From an uncultured Poribacteria bacterium (GTDB taxonomy: Bacteria; Poribacteria; WGA-4E; WGA-3G): a stretch of 64,000 nucleotides of DNA. The notes beneath the pieces are model-generated. The model saw only the letters and a list, made by a program, of their open reading frames with translations. It had not been told where the DNA came from and made no database searches. Both the position numbers and the translations under genes were made by a program. The DNA lies in assembly GCA_951813565.1 (NCBI GenBank), contig OX638351.1, positions 3,200,001 through 3,264,000 of the forward strand, read 5' to 3'. Shown here in pieces: positions 42,410-51,627 of the stretch. The stretch's first letter is position 1, and the number at the start of each line of letters is the position of its first letter.

Positions 42410-42560
42410 GTCATAGGTACCCACTACCTAAAGGTAGGGGCTTGTGCTTCCTTGCGACTGCGGTTTTCTCAGAGAGTTGACCGTCTTACTGTCGCTCCAC
42501 TTTAGGCAGCCAAGCCTGCCCGTTTGATATTGATAGCAGCATTGGTGTCTCGGTCGTGAT
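42394..42560 (-). ncRNA. predicted TnpB omegaRNA (right-end scaffold plus flank-derived guide); 5' boundary approximate
   Basis: Position at tnpB 3' end and right-end hairpin; guide would begin GAACUUUACGAAAACC. Confidence 0.6.
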
Positions 42561-43614
42561 GTGAACCACATTCGGGACATGTCCACTGCCTATCAGAAAG
42601 AGAGAGTTCTTTGTTATGGTATCCACAATCACTACAAGGTTTTGTTGTTGCTATCCATTGCGAGATTCGCACAAGTTTTTTGCCGTGCTTCGCACACTTC
42701 TGTTCCAATATCTGAAGAAACTGGTAGAAAGAATGGTCAGAAACTTTACGCCCCCATAATCGTTTCATACCATCAAGGTTCAGCGTTTCAAAAATGAGTG
42801 TGTCAAACTCTACACAAAGTTTTGAGGCAAGTTTCCATTGCCAATCTTCTCTTTGTCGGGCAACTTTTCTGTGTTGCCTTGCCAAAGCACGACACGCACG
42901 ATAATAGTTGTTAGAACCTTTGACTTTACGGCTCAGCGCTTTGCTCAAGGCTCGCAACTTTTTCAGTGATTGTTTGAAAAACTGCGGAGATTGTCCCTTG
43001 TTGCCTTCGTCACTTGTGAGGAACGTTTTATTTCCATAATCAAATCCTGCGCTCTTACCTGTCTTGGGTTTGGGTTCGGAATCGTCAACATTCTCGCACG
43101 AAAAGCATATCCAATAGTCACCGCACCTATCGCGTTTGATTGTGATTGTCTTGATAGTTCCTTTGATTTCACGGTGTTTGTGGTAGGAAAACCATGTGTC
43201 TATACAGTTGATTTTGATACGGTTCCCTTCAAGTTTGTAGCCCGCTTGTGTGAAGGTCATGGAGTTGTATTTGTGTCTCGGTTTGATTTTCGGTCTACCC
43301 ACTTTACGCGTTGTTTTGCCTGATTTGCGGCTTGCTATATTTTGGAAAAATGCGTCTTGTGATTTACCATAACGTAGGACAACGTCTTGAACAACTTGAC
43401 TCGGCAAGTCCGCCCAGTGTGGTTTAGTTGTTTTTTTGAGTTTCGCAACATGTGCCTTCAGACGATACGCAGACAAATTTTTGCCGAACATGCGATAATA
43501 CCTACGTGCCAAACGCATGATATGTAGATGGATTTCCCACATATCATCAAGCATATTACCAAGTTTGATTGTGTTAGATTGGTGTTGAAGTTTGAACTTG
43601 TGAGATTTTCTCAT
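42502..43614 (-). CDS. tnpB: RNA-guided endonuclease TnpB
   Basis: RuvC GFDYG / FETL / DRDTNAAINI; zinc finger CSDC..CPEC. Confidence 0.95.
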   Translation of the reverse strand: MRKSHKFKLQHQSNTIKLGNMLDDMWEIHLHIMRLARRYYRMFGKNLSAYRLKAHVAKLKKTTKPHWADLPSQVVQDVVLRYGKSQDAFFQNIASRKSGKTTRKVGRPKIKPRHKYNSMTFTQAGYKLEGNRIKINCIDTWFSYHKHREIKGTIKTITIKRDRCGDYWICFSCENVDDSEPKPKTGKSAGFDYGNKTFLTSDEGNKGQSPQFFKQSLKKLRALSKALSRKVKGSNNYYRACRALARQHRKVARQREDWQWKLASKLCVEFDTLIFETLNLDGMKRLWGRKVSDHSFYQFLQILEQKCAKHGKKLVRISQWIATTKPCSDCGYHNKELSLSDRQWTCPECGSHHDRDTNAAINIKRAGLAA

Positions 43615-43661
43615 TGTCCACTTTGACCTTCAATATAGTCTTTTATCACTTCAAGAGTTAC
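43611..43661 (-). pseudogene. tnpA: remnant of tnpA C-terminus
   Basis: VTLEVIKDYIEGQSGQ* (Y1 YIxxQ helix); TGA overlaps tnpB ATG. Confidence 0.75.
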
Positions 43662-43774
43662 ACTATAGTATGATATATTATACCACATTGTGATTAGATT
43701 GAAAAGTATATTTTAAATCAAAACTTTCGCCGTGGACATCCCCTACCTAAAGGCAGGGGGTTTGACGGGGAGTG

Positions 43775-44714
43775 CTAAATCTGCGTGTGTTGTGGCTCTG
43801 CAAGAGCGAATTGTTCGGCTTAAAATAAGCATCAAGGCGTTTTGTGTTGACGTATCTTCTACTTTGCAAATTTCGTTGTGAACGAAATCAATCTCTGCCT
43901 TGACATCCGGAAGATACCACTGCTTCATAAAACGATCAGAATCAGTTGGCATCTGGACATCAATTTGGTATTCTGTAATGAGTTGATGATATGTCCCTAA
44001 AAAAGCGGTTTCCTTTTCAATTCCGTACTGCTTCTGGTCTATTTCACCCATTCTGACTTGGCGTTTGAACGATACTGGAAAATATTGATTGTTGAATTCT
44101 GTAAGGCTTTCAGCAAGTTTAGATTCAAATTCGGCTATTCCAGACTTGGCAACAAAATTACTTAGTGCTGCTGTAATTTCCTGACTTTTCTCGTACAGAT
44201 GGATAAAGTTGAATGTTCCCACCTTCGCATTGCTAATGAAAGCATTAAAAGCAGAAATATCAATACCGATTGCCTGCATGCCGAGTTCATTCGCTTGTAC
44301 CAATGTGGTCCCACTACCGCAAAATGGATCAAGGACAATATCGCCAGGGTGAAAATACACATCATGCTTAAAATCGTCTGTATGTGCATCTAAAAAATAT
44401 TCGACTAATTGGGGGATAAATTTGCCTTTGTAGGGATGCAGTCGATGGACGTGTTTTGTTGTTTCCGCCTCTTTGATTTTTTCAAAGGACAATGCCCAAT
44501 TCAGGTCGTTACCGAGTTCATTTTTCCATCGCTTCTCTCTATTGCTTTGCCCATAATAATTTTGTAGGCTATCCAAGGGAATCAACGATGCCCCATTTTC
44601 AAGTACAGATTCGATGTGTCCATACTGAATCAAATAGGAAATATTTGCGGTTGTAACGTTTTTATTGAGGTGTTCTGATGCCCATTGGCTTGCTTGTTTG
44701 AGTGTCAGAAGCAT
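43775..44714 (-). pseudogene. DNA methyltransferase (N4/N6, motif I before motif IV) with N-terminal HTH, N-terminal part
   Basis: HPYKGKFIPQ, VLDPFCGSGTT; joins in frame to 42409. Confidence 0.9.
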
Positions 44715-44845
44715 TTTAAGTCCCTTTGTTATGACAGCAGAATTATTTTCAGCTTATGTTCAATAGAAAGTAGTATACCATTCAAATATATAATTGTCAA
44801 AACGTTTGCTTATTCGGATGTCTAAAGTCTTGTCAATTGTCTGAA

Positions 44846-44888
44846 CGGGTCCCCACTGAATGCGCTTTTGACATTCAGTGGGGACCCG
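44846..44888. repeat. perfect 17-bp-arm palindrome with shared AATGCGCTTTTG core
   Basis: CGGGTCCCCACTGAATG-CGCTTTTGA-CATTCAGTGGGGACCCG. Confidence 0.8.
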
Positions 44889-45007
44889 CTCTAAATTAGG
44901 AAGTCTTACTCATTCTTTGCAAATTGAACCAATATGAAAAATATTTACATATCTCTACTCTTATTTACCTTGCCACCACCCGCAAGTCATGCTAAAATAC
45001 CGATAGC

Positions 45008-46390
45008 ATGAACCAACACAATTTAAAACATCCGCATAAAGAACTCCGTTCCCTTCTGGGAATACGTTTCAACACAGACAACACCATTCGAGAAGCGCAT
45101 TCACAGGATGCATCATATCATCGCGGCACACTTCCTGATGCTGTTGTCTTCCCAAAAACGAATGCTGAAGTTTCTGAAATCGTCAAAATCTGTGTGAAGT
45201 ACAATATACCGATAATTCCTTATGGCACAGGCACTGGCGTTGAGGGTGCTGTTGTTGCAACCGAAAGAACGCTTTGCATCTCCTTAAACCGAATGAATCG
45301 CATCCTCAGCGTCAACGAGGACGACAGAGATGCTACTGTCCAAGCAGGCGTTACGCGCGGACAATTGAACACGCATCTTGCTGAACTTGGGTCGAAACTC
45401 CATTTTCCTGTTGACCCGGGTGCGGATGCCTCATTAGGAGGCATGGTGGCAACACGTGCCTCTGGGACAAGTGCTGTTTACTACGGCACCATGCAGGATA
45501 ATGTTCTCACATTAACTGTGATTACTGCCGATGGTACGCTTATCCGCACTGGCAGCAGAGCGCGGAAATCTGCCGCTGGATACGACCTTACACGGCTGTT
45601 TATTGGATCAGAAGGCACATTGGGTATCATCACTGAAATCACACTCAAATTAGCGCGGTTACCAGAAGCGATCACCTCTGCTGTCTGCGCGTTCCCAACC
45701 GTTGATGCCGCAGTAAATACCGTCATTGAACTCATAGGCATGGGTGTCAATATCGCTCGCATAGAACTATTAGATGAACAGCAGATGGATGCGATAAATA
45801 AATATTCTGGGTTGGCATACGAAGTTGCACCGACGCTCTTCTTTGAATTTCACGGAACGGTTAATAATGTCGCTGAGAGTTCAAAGGTTGCTGGCACTAT
45901 TGCAGCTGCACATGGATGCGGTGATTTCCAATATGCCACAGAGGAAACAGAACGTAAACGACTCTGGCAAGCCCGTTATGATAGTTATTACGCTGCGCTC
46001 AACCGACGTCCTGGGTCCGTAGGATATGTCACCGATGTCTGTGTCCCGATCTCCCGACTCGCAGCGTGTATCTCAAAAACGAAAGAACTACTTAACAACT
46101 CAAATCTCATAGCATCTATACTCGGTCATGTAGGCGACGGCAATTTTCACGTCGTTTTTCCGCTTGAACCCCACAATAAAGATGAATTGGCAGAAGCACA
46201 GCAAATTAGCAATCAGATTGTGGACATCGCATTGAAAATGGATGGCACTTGTACCGGTGAACATGGCATCGGGATTGGTAAAAGGGCATCATTAGAAAAA
46301 GAGCATGGTGAAGCAGTTAACTTAATGCGTGCCATCAAGCAAGCCTTGGATCCACAAAATTTAATGAATCCCGGTAAAATTTTCTTGTAA
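45008..46390 (+). CDS. FAD-linked oxidase (D-lactate dehydrogenase/GlcD-like)
   Basis: PYGTGTGVEG, GSEGTLGIIT, GHVGDGNFH, GEHGIG, NPGK. Confidence 0.93.
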   Translation: MNQHNLKHPHKELRSLLGIRFNTDNTIREAHSQDASYHRGTLPDAVVFPKTNAEVSEIVKICVKYNIPIIPYGTGTGVEGAVVATERTLCISLNRMNRILSVNEDDRDATVQAGVTRGQLNTHLAELGSKLHFPVDPGADASLGGMVATRASGTSAVYYGTMQDNVLTLTVITADGTLIRTGSRARKSAAGYDLTRLFIGSEGTLGIITEITLKLARLPEAITSAVCAFPTVDAAVNTVIELIGMGVNIARIELLDEQQMDAINKYSGLAYEVAPTLFFEFHGTVNNVAESSKVAGTIAAAHGCGDFQYATEETERKRLWQARYDSYYAALNRRPGSVGYVTDVCVPISRLAACISKTKELLNNSNLIASILGHVGDGNFHVVFPLEPHNKDELAEAQQISNQIVDIALKMDGTCTGEHGIGIGKRASLEKEHGEAVNLMRAIKQALDPQNLMNPGKIFL

Positions 46391-46436
46391 TAATCTTGTG
46401 GGAGCAGTTTCTAACTGCGATTTTTGTAAACAAAAT

Positions 46437-47453
46437 ATGTCACAAAATTGGAAAGTTCTCATAACCGACTACGCATGGTCATCTATTGAACCGGAACGAC
46501 AAGTGCTTGCAGAAATTGGCGCTGAACTTATAGTAGCAGAAACGGTTAACGAAGAAGAACTCCTCACGCTTGCCCCAACGGTGGACAGCATCCTTACCTG
46601 TTGGAAACCGGTTCGTGAACGTGTTATCGCAGCAGCTAACAAATGCCAAGTTATCGCTCGTTATGGTATTGGATTAGACAATATTGATGTAGAAACTGCT
46701 ACCGAGAACGGCATCATCGTTACCAATGTTCCCGCATATTGCGTTGATGAAGTCTCTGATCATGCTATGGCACTTCTCCTCGCTTGTGCAAGGAAAGTAT
46801 CACGTTACAATGAAGCAGTTAAATCTGGCACTTGGGACCAGAACATCGGACCGCAGATGTGCCGATTGCGTGGGAAAATTTTAGGTGTCATAGGGTTCGG
46901 ACACATTGCAAAAGCAATTATCCCAAAAGCGAAAGCATTTGGACTTGATGTAACAGTCTATTCACCACGCACGTCGCCAGAATTAATCAAACGTCACGAT
47001 GCGGAAAAGGTGCCTTTTCAAGACTTACTCAAAACGTCAGATTTTATCACGATCCATGCGCCGTTAACACCAGAAACACAGCACATGTTCAGCTATGATG
47101 AATTTCGTGCGATGAAAACCACAGCGTTCCTGATTAATACTGCGCGTGGCGGTATTGTAGACTCTGATGCACTTTCCACTGCACTTAAAAAAGGTGAAAT
47201 TGCTGGTGTCGGTTTAGATGTCTTAGAAACTGAACCGCCTGAAGAAGACGAAGGACTGCTTACACTCGATAATGTGGTCATTACACCTCACGCTGCTTTT
47301 ATTTCAGAAGAATCGATCCTTGAATTGGAGGTCACCGCCGCCACATGTGTCGCACAAGTATTAACAGGACAACTTCCGGAATCTATTGTAAACCCCTCGG
47401 TTTTAAAACGTCCAAACCTACGGGCGAAATCACTAATTAAAAAGAATGGATAA
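46437..47453 (+). CDS. D-isomer-specific 2-hydroxyacid dehydrogenase (CtBP-like)
   Basis: GIGLDNID, GFGHI, INTARG, LDV..EP, TPH. Confidence 0.92.
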   Translation: MSQNWKVLITDYAWSSIEPERQVLAEIGAELIVAETVNEEELLTLAPTVDSILTCWKPVRERVIAAANKCQVIARYGIGLDNIDVETATENGIIVTNVPAYCVDEVSDHAMALLLACARKVSRYNEAVKSGTWDQNIGPQMCRLRGKILGVIGFGHIAKAIIPKAKAFGLDVTVYSPRTSPELIKRHDAEKVPFQDLLKTSDFITIHAPLTPETQHMFSYDEFRAMKTTAFLINTARGGIVDSDALSTALKKGEIAGVGLDVLETEPPEEDEGLLTLDNVVITPHAAFISEESILELEVTAATCVAQVLTGQLPESIVNPSVLKRPNLRAKSLIKKNG

Positions 47454-47495
47454 TCACATATCTAAACACGATACAACACATACTGGAGAACTCTC

Positions 47496-48689
47496 ATGCA
47501 ACAACTCCCTGACGCAACAGGACACTTCGGCCAGTTCGGCGGCAGATATGTCCCCGAAACCCTTATGCCTGCTCTTTTGGAATTAGAAGAAGCTTATGCC
47601 TCCCTCAAAGATAATCCAGATTTTCAAAAGGAATTTCGGTATTACCTCAGCGAATATGTAGGGCGTCCCAATCCACTCTATTATGCCGAACGTCTGACAG
47701 AAACACTCGGCGGCGCAAAGATATACCTCAAACGGGAAGACCTGAACCATACAGGGGCACACAAAATCAATAGCGCAATCGGACAGATATTGCTCGCAAG
47801 GTGGATGGGCAAAAAGCGTATTATCGCAGAGACCGGGGCAGGACAGCATGGTGTTGCAACAGCCACCGTCGCCGCAAAATTCGATATGGAATGCGAAGTC
47901 TATATGGGTGAAGAAGACATGGAACGACAAGCACTCAACGTCTTCCGGATGCAGTTGATGGGAACAAAGGTCGTGCCGGTCAACTCTGGTTCGCGTACGC
48001 TCAAAGATGCTATCAATGCCTGTTTTCGGGATTGGGTTACAAATGTCCGCACGACATATCTATTGCTCGGATCGGTTGTTGGTGCACATCCTTACCCCAT
48101 GATCGTTAGAGATTTCCAAGCAGTCATCGGCGAAGAAGCAAGAGCACAGATTTTAGAACAGGCGGGTGATTTGCCAGATTGTATCGTTGCTTGTGTCGGT
48201 GGTGGGAGCAATTCTCTCGGAATGTTCTATCCATTCTATAATGACGAATCTGTTCGCCTTATCGGTGTAGAAGCCGCAGGTGAAAGTATCCGTAGTGGAC
48301 GACACGCAGCACCGCTCACTGCAGGAAGCGTCGGTGTTTTCCACGGGGCAAAGTGTTACCTATTACAAGAAGAAGATGGACAGATTACACCCGCACACTC
48401 AATCTCCGCAGGGTTAGATTATCCTGGCGTCGGACCTGAGCATAGTTATTATCGCGAAACTGGTAGAGCGGAATATGTCCCGATTACGGATACAGAGGCA
48501 ATAGAAGGATTCAAATTGTTATCGGAGACTGAGGGCATTATCCCTGCTTTAGAATCCGCACATGCCATCGCATATCTATGTGAACTTGCGCCGAAACTGG
48601 GGAAAAATAAAGTTGTAGCCGTGTGCTTGTCTGGACGTGGCGACAAAGACGTCTACACCATCGCAAAGGAATTGGGGATTACCTTGTAG
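47496..48689 (+). CDS. trpB: tryptophan synthase beta chain
   Basis: [37 protein letters not shown]. Confidence 0.98.
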   Translation: MQQLPDATGHFGQFGGRYVPETLMPALLELEEAYASLKDNPDFQKEFRYYLSEYVGRPNPLYYAERLTETLGGAKIYLKREDLNHTGAHKINSAIGQILLARWMGKKRIIAETGAGQHGVATATVAAKFDMECEVYMGEEDMERQALNVFRMQLMGTKVVPVNSGSRTLKDAINACFRDWVTNVRTTYLLLGSVVGAHPYPMIVRDFQAVIGEEARAQILEQAGDLPDCIVACVGGGSNSLGMFYPFYNDESVRLIGVEAAGESIRSGRHAAPLTAGSVGVFHGAKCYLLQEEDGQITPAHSISAGLDYPGVGPEHSYYRETGRAEYVPITDTEAIEGFKLLSETEGIIPALESAHAIAYLCELAPKLGKNKVVAVCLSGRGDKDVYTIAKELGITL

Positions 48690-48793
48690 GACACAGAGAC
48701 AGTTTACGCTGTATATTTCAGATCTAAAAACCGATTGCCATTGGATAGAATACATGCTATAATTCCACAATTCCATTACCATAGGACAGCGCA

Positions 48794-49402
48794 ATGGCAC
48801 GCAAAGTTTCGGATCAATCTCGACAACAAAAGATTCGTAGATTGATTCATCTGCTTTCACACAAAGACGGTCCTCTACGAAATTGGCGGTATTTCCCGAC
48901 GCGGTTGTTACTCCGAAAATTACAATCGGAATCCGCTGAAATGCGTGCCTATGCCGCTGAAGGGTTAGGCGGTGTCGGTGATGTGCATGCCGTAACTCCG
49001 CTCATTGAGGCATTGTCTGATGATAACACAGCCGTTCGCCGCTTTGCTATATCTTCCCTTGGACACCTCCGCGATGAACGTGCCATTGACAGACTTATTC
49101 CGTTCCTACAAGACGAAGAACCTGACATGCGGTGTGCTGCGGTCGTTGCTCTTGGTGAATTGGGACTTGGTGAAGAACGGGTTGCAAACCCACCCGTGCA
49201 GGTGATAGACGCATTGATAGGTAGTGTTAACGATATTGACAGGTCAGTCTGCTCAGCTGCTGTTGTAGCGTTAGGCAGAATAGGCAATCCGCAGGCGATT
49301 TCTGCTCTCAACGAATTAGCAGAAACCACCGAAAGTGAATGGGTTCGCCGCTACATCAGCGAAGCATTACATCAAATTGAAGAACAGACACTAAACGAAT
49401 AG
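48794..49402 (+). CDS. HEAT/PBS-lyase repeat protein
   Basis: Repeated R..A..ALG.LG...A...L...L.D units. Confidence 0.88.
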   Translation: MARKVSDQSRQQKIRRLIHLLSHKDGPLRNWRYFPTRLLLRKLQSESAEMRAYAAEGLGGVGDVHAVTPLIEALSDDNTAVRRFAISSLGHLRDERAIDRLIPFLQDEEPDMRCAAVVALGELGLGEERVANPPVQVIDALIGSVNDIDRSVCSAAVVALGRIGNPQAISALNELAETTESEWVRRYISEALHQIEEQTLNE

Positions 49403-49457
49403 AACAAGCCTTCGTGAATTTTGATTTGACAAGACGATATAAACAGTAAAAAAATAA

Positions 49458-49717
49458 ATGAAACATGAAAAATTCCACAAACCGATTCAATTCAAGAACT
49501 TGCCAACTTTTGGGACACTCACGACTTAACTGATTTTGAAAACGAACTTGAAGAGGTACAGGAATCTATTTTTGAATCTATAGTCCCAGTTACTTTAGCG
49601 CCTGAAGAAGCCGCAGCTGTTACCGCCGCAGCGAAGGTACGCGGAATATCACCTGTGATGTTGATTCGAGAGTGGGTTACCCAAGGCATCAAAGCATCAG
49701 CAAAATCAGCAAACTAA
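49458..49717 (+). pseudogene. BrnA/CopG-like antitoxin with 1-nt deletion in A-run (not in ORF track)
   Basis: KIPQTDSIQELANFWDTHD...RGISPVMLIREWV; out of frame with ATG 49458 at A5 run 49468-49472. Confidence 0.8.
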
Positions 49718-49765
49718 CCGATAGCGCGATTAGTCTCGAATATGTCAGTAGTGTTCAATGAATCT

Positions 49766-49815
49766 GCCGATACATCAGTGAAGTCCTACATCAAATTGAG
49801 GAACAAAACGCGTAA
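49766..49815 (+). repeat. diverged duplicate of HEAT gene 3' end
   Basis: RYISEVLHQIEEQNA* vs RYISEALHQIEEQTLNE*; 34/40 nt identical. Confidence 0.88.
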
Positions 49816-49869
49816 ACTTATCAATATGCTGTTAAATGCAGAAAACAACACGATAGGTTGGAGGAACTA

Positions 49870-50136
49870 ATGAACCGTGAAGACTATCTCCTCACTGGAG
49901 ACGAAGAATACCTCGATGTCTATGACGAATATGAATTCTTAGCCGCACAAGAAGCAGCTGAGTATGATGGTGCACTTGTGGAAACAGAAGATGGGTACAA
50001 AGCTTCTGTGTGGTTAACTGAAGAAGAAATAGAGGTGGTACTGGAACTGGCTGAAGCACGTGATATTCCGCCAAGACACTTAATTCAAGAGTGGGTTGTT
50101 GAATGTATAAAGGCAGCAGCAAAATCAGAAACTTAA
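49870..50136 (+). CDS. CopG/RHH-like antitoxin paralog with novel acidic N-terminus
   Basis: GGAGG RBS; LTEEE...ARDIPPRHLIQEWV. Confidence 0.65.
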   Translation: MNREDYLLTGDEEYLDVYDEYEFLAAQEAAEYDGALVETEDGYKASVWLTEEEIEVVLELAEARDIPPRHLIQEWVVECIKAAAKSET

Positions 50137-50201
50137 TCATTGGAACAACCAGATAACAAAATGTAATTTGTGTATACCTCAATTGAAGAACTTTAAAACA
50201 G

Positions 50202-50693
50202 ATGCTTATCCGCTTCAAAAAAGGCAAAAACCAACATAAACACAAACCTGACACACTTACCTGCATTCGGGACGATGGAACTGTAACTTGGACTCACATC
50301 CATCGAGGATTTGTGCAACACGATTTTGCGCACTATGTTGTCGAAACCACGCTGGGTTTTCAAAATGCGTTCTTCGGACTTGTTGCGAAAGGTTACAACA
50401 TCCTTGATTTTAACCTGCCTACGTCAAAACGTCCATTCAAAATTCCGAAAGAAGCGATGAAGGTAGAACCTATTGTAGCACTGTTACAAGCAGAACTTTG
50501 GGAAAGTTTCCCTGCTCCGTTGCTTCAACCTGAAAGCCAAGAACTTCCTGCCAACGCCACTCCTGCACAGATTGAGACAATGCGCCAACATCTACGAAAT
50601 TTATTACAGCAATGGGACAATTTAGCGCCCGGTGAATCTATGGATTTGCAGTTTGTCACGTTAGGAGAAATATATAATGGACATTTTGCATAG
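50202..50693 (+). CDS. hypothetical protein (HDxxH motif)
   Basis: TLTCIRDDGTVTW, HDFAHYVVE, FFGLVA. Confidence 0.7.
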   Translation: MLIRFKKGKNQHKHKPDTLTCIRDDGTVTWTHIHRGFVQHDFAHYVVETTLGFQNAFFGLVAKGYNILDFNLPTSKRPFKIPKEAMKVEPIVALLQAELWESFPAPLLQPESQELPANATPAQIETMRQHLRNLLQQWDNLAPGESMDLQFVTLGEIYNGHFA

Positions 50694-51264
50694 TATTCGT
50701 GGCGCGTTGTTGGATGCACAGGACACACTCAATCAGTTTATCCAAAACCGAGATAACATCACGATCATCGCGGAAACAGCAGTCTTGATACGCGACGTTT
50801 TTGAACAACAAGGAAAGATTTTCACGTGTGGGAATGGCGGAAGTTTATGTGATGCTATCCATTTTGCGGAAGAGTGCACAGGGAAGTTTCGGGATAATAG
50901 GAAGCCGCTTCCTGTAATTGCACTGAGTGATGCGGGGCATATCACCTGTACAGCAAACGATTTCGGGTTTGCGGAGGTATTTGCGCGTCCGCTGTTAGCA
51001 TTAGGAGATCCTAACGATCTATTGGTTGTCCTCTCAACAAGTGGGAATTCCGAAAATGTTGTTCGTGCGGCTGATGCAGCAAAATCACGCGAGATGAAGG
51101 TATTCGGATTACTGGGTAAAGACGGTGGGAAGCTTAAGAACTACTGTGATAGTTACCTAATTGCACCAGGTGATACTGCTGATCGGATACAGGAAATTCA
51201 TATTAAGGTTTTGCATATTCTGATAGAAAACGTGGAACGGTTAATGTTTCCTGAGAATTATTGA
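50677..51264 (+). CDS. gmhA: D-sedoheptulose 7-phosphate isomerase
   Basis: CGNGGS..DA.HFAEE, STSGNS, RIQEIH. Confidence 0.95.
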   Translation: MDILHSIRGALLDAQDTLNQFIQNRDNITIIAETAVLIRDVFEQQGKIFTCGNGGSLCDAIHFAEECTGKFRDNRKPLPVIALSDAGHITCTANDFGFAEVFARPLLALGDPNDLLVVLSTSGNSENVVRAADAAKSREMKVFGLLGKDGGKLKNYCDSYLIAPGDTADRIQEIHIKVLHILIENVERLMFPENY

Positions 51265-51346
51265 CAAAAATACTGTTTTCTGATACTATTCTGCATACTC
51301 CTACAGATTCCACCCCAAAGACTTCCAAAATATCGGAGGACAGTTT

Positions 51347-51625
51347 GTGAAAACATCAGATAATAATAGACTATATTGGCGGAAAAATCTACAATATCTC
51401 GGTATCCTACTCGGAATCTGGTTCGCCACATCTTTTCTCTGTTCAATTGTGTTTGTGGAACAACTTGACAAGATCCGATTCGGGGGGTTCCGTCTCGGAT
51501 TTTATTTTGCACAACAGGCATCTATATGGATATTTGTTGTGCTAATTTTCGTTTACGCTTGGTTGATGAACAGACTGGATAAGAAATATCGGACCGATCA
51601 AGATGATGTGGAGGATTCCGAATAA
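51347..51625 (+). CDS. solute:sodium symporter small subunit (DUF4212)
   Basis: YWRKNL, GF.FAQQ, MNRLD; directly upstream of SSS gene. Confidence 0.88.
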   Translation: MKTSDNNRLYWRKNLQYLGILLGIWFATSFLCSIVFVEQLDKIRFGGFRLGFYFAQQASIWIFVVLIFVYAWLMNRLDKKYRTDQDDVEDSE

Positions 51626-51627
51626 GT

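Larger units (their letters stand above)
42410..43774 (-). mobile_element. non-autonomous IS200/IS605-family element (tnpB only), 1365 bp
   Basis: Subterminal hairpins CCCCTGCCTTTAGGTAGGGG and CCCCTACCTTTAGGTAGTGGG; inserted 3' of TTAG, ends in TGAC, no TSD. Confidence 0.92.

Noticed and set aside
42410..43774. IStron (self-splicing) rescue of the methyltransferase
   Set aside because: Only about 110 nt lie between the left end and the tnpA remnant, too short for a group I intron core
43743..43774. ORF-track C-terminus ALPVKPPAFR of the methyltransferase
   Set aside because: It is read-through into the IS left end, not native protein
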